Positions 57,880 to 64,000 of a DNA stretch of 64,000 nucleotides are shown here, in pieces. Positions within the stretch are counted from its first letter, which is position 1. Each line of letters opens with the position of its first letter. The translations under genes and the position numbers were made by a program. The notes under the pieces were generated by a model. The model worked only from the letters and a program-made list of their open reading frames with translations, did not search any database and was not told where the DNA came from. The DNA is taken from positions 32,001-96,000 of the forward strand of contig CAWJKT010000011.1 of the NCBI GenBank assembly GCA_963843375.1, written 5' to 3'. This DNA comes from an uncultured Pseudomonadota bacterium (GTDB lineage Bacteria; Oederibacteriota; Muellerivitia; Muellerivitales; Muellerivitaceae).

Positions 57880-58311
57880 ATGGCCCTGATCCCCACATCC
57901 CCCGACCGGTGCCCCCTTTGTTCCAAGCCGGGTTCTGGAATTTCCCGTCCGATACTGCTCCAGCACTTGGATCCCCTGGTGATGATGGATGTACTTAAAT
58001 GGAAGGAAGCCTCCGTATGCCTGAATTCCTCCTGCCAATGTCTTTACTTTTCCGGTGGTGAATGGCTTTCCCACCTTCAATGCAACAAAAGGGTGGGATT
58101 CAAAAGCGGACATTCTCCTCGGACCCTTTGCTATTGTTTCGGCTATACCGCTGAAGACCTTTTAAAAAAAGGTAAAATAGGCTGGGAAAAGGCCTTGGAA
58201 GAAATTGAAACCTACCTGGGTGAGGGGAGGGGCGCCTGCCAGATTACCAATCCCACCGGTCAATCCTGTCTGGATCCGATCCGAAATTTCATGACCGAAG
58301 AAAAACATTGA
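57880..58311 (+). CDS. Cys-rich CopZ-like metallochaperone ((2Fe-2S)/Zn type)
   Basis: CPLC, CLNSSCQCLYF, CYCFGYT, CQITNPTGQSCL. Confidence 0.75.
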   Translation: MALIPTSPDRCPLCSKPGSGISRPILLQHLDPLVMMDVLKWKEASVCLNSSCQCLYFSGGEWLSHLQCNKRVGFKSGHSPRTLCYCFGYTAEDLLKKGKIGWEKALEEIETYLGEGRGACQITNPTGQSCLDPIRNFMTEEKH

Positions 58312-58503
58312 GAAGCCCTTCCTTGTAGCTGTCTCTTCCCTTGAATGAAAACTTACTGAGAATTATTCCATTGTAATAAAATATTCCAAAAAGACGGGTT
58401 CCAAGGGGTTGTGATAATAGCGGGCAAAAAAATGAAACCGGAATTGGTAACAGAGACGCAACCAGGATTTAAAAGGTTTGAGATCAAATCCGATATGGCT
58501 TTT

Positions 58504-59052
58504 TTATTGGGGTAGTATTTCCGAAGAATTGATCAGGGTGACGCCCGCATGGGCCATCGCCTTTAGGGCTTTCTCGCCGTCGCCGGGTTTCGCGTTGACG
58601 GCGGCCACGGCGTCCTCCACCACGTAAGTTTCCAAACCGTTCTTATCCGCGTCCAGGGCGGTGGCTTTTACGCAATAGTCGGTGGCTAAGCCAACCACGT
58701 AAAGATCCTCCACTTTTTCTTTTTTCAAGAATTGCCGCAAATTGGCGCTGGTGGACTCGAAGGCTGAGTAACCATCGTCCTTGTTGAGAGTTCCTTTGAG
58801 AAAAACTTTCTTAATTTTGGAGACGTCCAGCTTAGGGTGAAAGTCCGCGCCGGGAGTGTCTTGAATGCAGTGAGGCGGCCATTTTTTGAAATGAACCGAA
58901 TCTTTTGGGTGCCAGTCTTTGGAAGCGATAACCAATGGGAAAACGCTCATCAGGCCGTTGATGACAGGGATGATCTTGTCCCCATCGGGCACGGCCATGG
59001 GTCCGCCAGGACAGAAATCATTTTGAACGTCAACGATGAGTAAAGCCTTCAT
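58504..59052 (-). CDS. pncA: nicotinamidase/pyrazinamidase
   Basis: VDVQNDF, DWHP, WPPHC, YSAF, GLATDYCV. Confidence 0.93.
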   Translation of the reverse strand: MKALLIVDVQNDFCPGGPMAVPDGDKIIPVINGLMSVFPLVIASKDWHPKDSVHFKKWPPHCIQDTPGADFHPKLDVSKIKKVFLKGTLNKDDGYSAFESTSANLRQFLKKEKVEDLYVVGLATDYCVKATALDADKNGLETYVVEDAVAAVNAKPGDGEKALKAMAHAGVTLINSSEILPQ

Positions 59053-59169
59053 GTGTCACCTCATTTGTCATTATGCCACCAGGACGTTCCAAATACCCTG
59101 CGCTTCAGGCGGTTAAACCGGCGGTTGGCCCAGATTTTCAGCGGGTTCGGTTCCACAATAGATGAATGA

Positions 59170-60582
59170 TCAAGGCTGGTCATGCTGGTGAATCAACTTG
59201 GTGCGCAAATCCATCAACTTTTGGCTGGCGCCCACCTTGTAAGTATGTGGATTTTCAAACCGCTTGCGTTCTGGAGAAAGCTTGGCGAGGCGTTCCTTTG
59301 CGTAGGAAGCCCCTTCCTTGACCGTCTGGTTTATCAACGGTTTGCCCTCTTCCATGACCTTGAAAAGAATCCCTTCAGGAAAACAGTGGGCGACCCGGCT
59401 TTTTTGCTCTGGGAAAAGGGGATGATAGATGAATTCGGCGGATTTTTCCTCCTCCAAAAGGATGCCGTCGGCGTAAAAGAACCCCTCGGGGTCGGTATAA
59501 CGGACTATTTTTTTTATTCCCGGAAGCGAAGTTTTCGCCAGGTTTTCTGAAATCTTGAGGCAGGGTTGCCCGTCAAATGCGGAAAGTTTATAAACCCCGT
59601 CCAGAGCCGGGGTGTCTTGACCGGTTAGAAGACTGGTGCCCACGCCGAAGACATTAATGGGCGCGCCCTGGTCCAGGAGGCTCTTAACGATTTTTTCGTC
59701 CAACTGGTTTGAGGCTACAATTTTCACGTAATGCAGTCCCGCCAAGTCCAGCATTTCTCGGGCCTTCTTGCTCAAGTAAGCCAGGTCGCCCGAATCCAGG
59801 CGGATGCCCCCCAGGCGATGTCCCTTTTCTTCCATTTCTTTGGCCACGATCATGGCGTTGGGAATGCCGCTTTTCAGGGTGTTATAAGTGTCCACCAAAA
59901 GGGTGCTGCGCTCGGGATAAATTTCAACGAATTTCCGGAAAGCCGTAAGCTCATCCGGAAAGCTTTGGATCCAGGAATGGGCTTGGGTCCCCGATGGGGA
60001 AAGGCCATATATGAAAGAAGAATAAACATTGGAGGTGGCATCCGCGCCGCCAATGGCCGCTGCGCGGGAAGCCTGGATTCCCGCCAGGCCCTGGGCGCGT
60101 CGGAGTCCGAAATCCACGATCTTGCGGCCCCGGGCGGCCTGGACCATTCGGGAAGCCTTGGTTGCGATCAGGGATTCGAAGTTAATGAAGTTCAACAACA
60201 GGGTTTCGATGAGTTGAGTTTCCAAGAAGGTGCCTTCCACCCGCATCAACGGCTCCAAGGGGAAGACAACTTCCCCTTCCCTCACCGAGTAAATTTTCCC
60301 CTTAAACCGAAAAGTTTTCAGGTAATCCAGGAAAGGTTTTTGGAATCCCTGTTCTCCCAGGTAATCTAGGTCTTCCTTTCCAAAGGTGAAGTTTTCTAGA
60401 GCATCCAAAAAGCTGTTCAGACCCGCAAAAATCACGTAGCCGCCTTGGAAGGGGCTTTCCCGGAAAAAATAATCGAAGCAAGCGGGAGTTTCGGCCTTGT
60501 CCGAAAGCACGTAGCCTTGGGCCATGGTGAGCTCGTAAAAGTCGGTATAAAGGCCGGTGTGATGGGGGATGAGGGAAGGCAT
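59170..60582 (-). CDS. pncB: nicotinate phosphoribosyltransferase
   Basis: LYTDFYELTM, DFGLRRAQG, GTQAHSW, LVDTY, RLDSGDL. Confidence 0.95.
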   Translation of the reverse strand: MPSLIPHHTGLYTDFYELTMAQGYVLSDKAETPACFDYFFRESPFQGGYVIFAGLNSFLDALENFTFGKEDLDYLGEQGFQKPFLDYLKTFRFKGKIYSVREGEVVFPLEPLMRVEGTFLETQLIETLLLNFINFESLIATKASRMVQAARGRKIVDFGLRRAQGLAGIQASRAAAIGGADATSNVYSSFIYGLSPSGTQAHSWIQSFPDELTAFRKFVEIYPERSTLLVDTYNTLKSGIPNAMIVAKEMEEKGHRLGGIRLDSGDLAYLSKKAREMLDLAGLHYVKIVASNQLDEKIVKSLLDQGAPINVFGVGTSLLTGQDTPALDGVYKLSAFDGQPCLKISENLAKTSLPGIKKIVRYTDPEGFFYADGILLEEEKSAEFIYHPLFPEQKSRVAHCFPEGILFKVMEEGKPLINQTVKEGASYAKERLAKLSPERKRFENPHTYKVGASQKLMDLRTKLIHQHDQP

Positions 60583-60621
60583 GAAAGGTATTATAAACCA
60601 ATTTTGAATTTTAGAATTTAC

Positions 60622-62859
60622 CTATTGAGAAAAGAGCCGGGGAAGCCAAGTGGTCAGGAAAGGCCAAAAAGTAATTAAGAGAACCATGCCGTGTAGGATG
60701 AGATACATGGGAAGGACAGCCAGGTAGACCTCGGTCATGGGTTTCTTAAAGCGGTAAGAGGATAAAAAGAGGTTAAGACCCAGGGGCGGAGCGATGAATC
60801 CCAATTCCATGTTGGCCAAAAAAATGATTCCCATATGCACTCGATCCACTCCGAAGGCGTCGGACATGGGCATTAAAAGCGGTACGACCACCACGATGGC
60901 CGCGAAAATCTCCAGGAGGCTCCCGACTACGATCAACATGATGTTGACCATAATTAGAAATACCCATTGGGAATGGACCGAGTCGTGGACCCAAGCCGCC
61001 AACCGCGCGGGCACTTCGGCGTCCACCATATCGTTGGTGAAGCCCAGGGAAACTCCCAGGATCAAAAGCACCCCGCCCACCAGGATGCCGCATTCGGTCA
61101 CAACCTTGGGAACATCGCGAAGTTTCATCTGTCCGTAAAAGAAAACCTCCACGAGGAAGGCGTAAAGGGCGGTCAAGGCGGCCGATTCCACCAGGGTCAC
61201 CTTGATGACGAAAAGGAAGAAAAAAACCACTAAGGGAAGCGATAGCTCCCACTTCGCTTCCCAGGCCGAGGTCAAGGCCTCGGCGGTTTCTTCTTGCACT
61301 CCCAGTTTTTTACTCAAGGGCTCTAAAAATGTTTTCTGAACAATGGGAAAAAGAAAGCTCACCAAAACCAGGGTGCTGCCGATCGCGGAAAGATGGACGA
61401 AAGTGATCGGGCCCACGGTCGCGGTTTCGGGTTTGATCCCGCCGATGGCCGCCAAAATCATCCAAGCTAATTGCCAAAAAAGCTTCCAGGCGTAAAAAGC
61501 CACCAATGAAAAGAACAAGACGAGGGAACCGATGCAAAACCACAATTTAAAGGACCGCCAAAGTGAATATTGGGAAAGGTTCTCGTTGGAAGCCTTGAGC
61601 ACCCCCCATAGGGCGGTCAGCAATAAAAGAATCATTCCCGGCATGAAACCGCCCAGGAAAAGATCTTTAATGGAAGTTCCCGAAACCACCCCGTAAAGAA
61701 TGACAGGAAGGCTGGGCGGGAAAAGCATTCCGAGGGAACCGGCAGACGTCAAAAGCCCCAAGGCATCCCGTTCCTTATATTTTTCGGCCAAAAGGATCGG
61801 CATCAAAAGGCCGCCCAAGGCCAGGATTGTCACCCCCGAGCCGCCGGTGAAAGCTGTAAAAAAAGCGCAGACGCAAGCAGTCACGATGGCGGGGCCGCCC
61901 CGAAGTGATCCGAAGAAAGCTTGAAAAACCCGAAGCAGCCTCTGGGAAGCGCCGCCCTCGGCGAGGAAATAGCCGGTCAGGGTGAAAAGGGGAATCGTGG
62001 GGATAGTCGGGGAAACCACCATGCGGTAAGTTTCCGCTGGGATGGAATCAATCGGGGTGTCAGAGTTCCATAAAAAGATGAGGGCCGCGCCCCCCAATAC
62101 TAAGAAGACAGGCATGCCAAAAACCACCGCCACCATCAGCAAACCAAAGCAGACATAAATAAAGGTTTCGGAGGGGTTGTGGATCATGGGGGCCAGGTAG
62201 GCCAACCACCCCGCCACCATAAGGGTCATGAGGCGCTCGTTCCATTTATCGGAGGAACGCCAAATCATCCGGACCAGGATCATGGAAAAACCGATGGGCA
62301 GGAAAAAAAGGACGGTCCATTTGGGAATTCCCAAGGCAATGATGGAATCCACGTCCTTTTCAATCATCGCGAAGGAGAAGCCTGCTTTCACCAGGTAAAG
62401 GGTGATGGCGGCCCCGATACCGGCAGTCAGAATGTGGGCGGCCGCCTTAAAGCGATCGGGAATCATGTTGGCGGTGGTGGCCAGCTGCAGGAGTTTGCCT
62501 TCGCGGGCGGCGATGGCCCCGCCGAACATCATGATGGCCAGGACCGAATGCTGGACCAGGTTAAGCGAACCCGAAACCAGGACAGCGGGGAACCAATCAA
62601 AAAGACCGTGGAGTTTCCGCGCCAGGATATCCAACAAGGGCAGGAACATCATGACGGCAAAAAATAAAGTTAAAAGAAGGTTCTCGGGAACGTGCCAGAA
62701 AGCGGGTTTGGCAGGTGCCAGGCCCGGATGGCCATCTAGGGCCATGGATTGGACCGCGGGAGAAGGATTTTCTTTAGGCGATTGAGATGAGGAAGGGGCA
62801 GAAGCAAGGGGCGGTTCGTTTTTCCCCGGACCCCGCCCACGGTATTTTTTAGGCGTCAT
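60622..62859 (-). CDS. TRAP transporter fused small+large permease (DctQM)
   Basis: DctQ-like N-terminus; IPLFTLTG, TGGSGVTILALGGL, GSLGMLFPPSLP, PPLGLNLF. Confidence 0.9.
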   Translation of the reverse strand: MTPKKYRGRGPGKNEPPLASAPSSSQSPKENPSPAVQSMALDGHPGLAPAKPAFWHVPENLLLTLFFAVMMFLPLLDILARKLHGLFDWFPAVLVSGSLNLVQHSVLAIMMFGGAIAAREGKLLQLATTANMIPDRFKAAAHILTAGIGAAITLYLVKAGFSFAMIEKDVDSIIALGIPKWTVLFFLPIGFSMILVRMIWRSSDKWNERLMTLMVAGWLAYLAPMIHNPSETFIYVCFGLLMVAVVFGMPVFLVLGGAALIFLWNSDTPIDSIPAETYRMVVSPTIPTIPLFTLTGYFLAEGGASQRLLRVFQAFFGSLRGGPAIVTACVCAFFTAFTGGSGVTILALGGLLMPILLAEKYKERDALGLLTSAGSLGMLFPPSLPVILYGVVSGTSIKDLFLGGFMPGMILLLLTALWGVLKASNENLSQYSLWRSFKLWFCIGSLVLFFSLVAFYAWKLFWQLAWMILAAIGGIKPETATVGPITFVHLSAIGSTLVLVSFLFPIVQKTFLEPLSKKLGVQEETAEALTSAWEAKWELSLPLVVFFFLFVIKVTLVESAALTALYAFLVEVFFYGQMKLRDVPKVVTECGILVGGVLLILGVSLGFTNDMVDAEVPARLAAWVHDSVHSQWVFLIMVNIMLIVVGSLLEIFAAIVVVVPLLMPMSDAFGVDRVHMGIIFLANMELGFIAPPLGLNLFLSSYRFKKPMTEVYLAVLPMYLILHGMVLLITFWPFLTTWLPRLFSQ

Positions 62860-63878
62860 TACTCGGCGGCCGCCTTGTGATCGGCTCGGTATTCGTCACG
62901 ATATTTGATGGCCATATCCATCATGTCCGCAGGCACAACAGTTCCTGAAATTTGAGGATAAACGCTGGTGAAGAGTTTTTCCCATTGATCATATTGCGCG
63001 GGAGTGATGTCATGAACGGTAAGACCGTGCTTGACCATGGCGTCGATGGCTTTCTGCTCTCCGGAGCGGATCTCGTCCCGGAAACGGACTCCCGCATCGG
63101 CGGCGGCCTTCAAAATGGCGGGTTGGGCGTCCACCGGGATTTTGTTCCAGGCTTTCGTGGTGATGATGGTGGCTCCTACCAGAGGCGCCCAGCGCATATT
63201 GGTCATGTGGGGAGCTAGGGCGAACCATTGGAAGGACAGGGCTGAAATCGGAGAGGCATCAAACGAATTTATAAGCCCGGTTTGTAAGTTCGGCAGGATG
63301 TCCGTGGCAGCCAAGGGAATCGGGGAAAAACCAGCTGATTTCCAGATATTCATAGTATCGGCGTCATCTCCCCAGACGAAAAACTTGGCCTTCTTTAGAT
63401 CGTCCGGCGTTAGGATGGGTTCTTTGCCAAAAAACATGACCCAACCGGCCTCGCCCCAATTTAAGACCTTAAACCCTTTTTTCAAAAGACGTTCTTCCAG
63501 CAGTGGCTGCATCTTTTCCCGCACGTAATCGCTCTCAGCGTAGCTCTTGTAGAGCATGGGAATGGAAAGGGCTTGAACGCCCTTGTCGATTTGGGCCAGG
63601 CCCACCACGGTCAGAACCCCCATTTGGATTTGACCGATTCGCATTTTGCTGACCATGTCCGGTTCGTCACCCAGGACGCCGCCGGGATAGATTTGCAATT
63701 TCACTCCCGATGTTTTCCATTGTTCGCCCATGTCCCGCATGATGGTGTCCCAGACGGACCCCTCGGGAGCCAGAGTTCCAAGTTTCAGGGTAACGGACGC
63801 ATCTTGAGCGTAAGTTAGATTTCCGGTCAGCGACAGAAACATCGCTCCAAGAATTAATTTCCTTATAGATGAGAACAA
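62859..63878 (-). CDS. dctP: TRAP substrate-binding protein (DctP/TatP)
   Basis: Signal peptide, KLGTLAPEGSVW, YPGGVLGDEPDM, LQTGLIN. Confidence 0.9.
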   Translation of the reverse strand: MFSSIRKLILGAMFLSLTGNLTYAQDASVTLKLGTLAPEGSVWDTIMRDMGEQWKTSGVKLQIYPGGVLGDEPDMVSKMRIGQIQMGVLTVVGLAQIDKGVQALSIPMLYKSYAESDYVREKMQPLLEERLLKKGFKVLNWGEAGWVMFFGKEPILTPDDLKKAKFFVWGDDADTMNIWKSAGFSPIPLAATDILPNLQTGLINSFDASPISALSFQWFALAPHMTNMRWAPLVGATIITTKAWNKIPVDAQPAILKAAADAGVRFRDEIRSGEQKAIDAMVKHGLTVHDITPAQYDQWEKLFTSVYPQISGTVVPADMMDMAIKYRDEYRADHKAAAE

Positions 63879-63909
63879 GGTAGTCTCCTTTTTTGTTCTG
63901 TTCCGCTGG

Positions 63910-63999
63910 TTATTTTACGAATAACGCATCAACCCTCGTAAGAAGCCATCTGGCTCTTTTTTGCATGATCAAGTTTACCAGACGCCAGCTGGGTTTTTT
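63910..63999 (-). CDS. TatT-like (TRAP-T/TPAT) component, C-terminal fragment, 5'-partial
   Basis: Manual translation KKPSWRLVNLIMQKRARWLLTRVDALFVK* resembles the TatT C-terminus; lies directly upstream of dctP. Confidence 0.65.
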   Translation of the reverse strand, partial: KKPSWRLVNLIMQKRARWLLTRVDALFVK

Positions 64000-64000
64000 A

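Noticed and set aside
1..64000. CRISPR array, cas genes, reverse transcriptase/DGR/retron, rRNA
   Set aside because: No regularly spaced repeats or diagnostic motifs seen on either strand

Overview
Bacterial chromosomal window, apparently from a diderm: it encodes several outer-membrane beta-barrels and Thr/Pro-linker secreted proteins, one with a T9SS-like C-terminal domain. Most of it is ordinary housekeeping, envelope, transport and metabolic genes: sigma70 C-terminus, hspR-like, htrA, leuCD, pdxH, mprF, trmL, mscL, lipA, an Ssu-type ABC importer, pncAB and a TRAP-T/TPAT transporter. The main accessory feature is a 6.6-kb integrative element (17847-24452) at tRNA-Ser(CGA) whose 43-bp att repeat duplicates the 5' half of the tRNA. 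Its genes form one co-oriented, tightly coupled run (HigBA-like toxin-antitoxin, Replic_Relax-like nuclease, a hairpin-rich ORF, xis, int) that points into the restored tRNA, and an IS21 has split the nuclease gene. To its right is island debris: a radC remnant, an AAA ATPase with a nested palindromic operator, an orphan AbiEi and a 3'-half tRNA-Leu. Other notable items are a PorV/FadL-like barrel + FN3-barrel + CTD-cargo cluster, lipA coupled to the Ssu-type importer and an HUH-dead Y1 transposase-like ORF, and two clusters of frameshifts that look like assembly indel errors. All family assignments come from recognising motifs by eye; no database searches were run.
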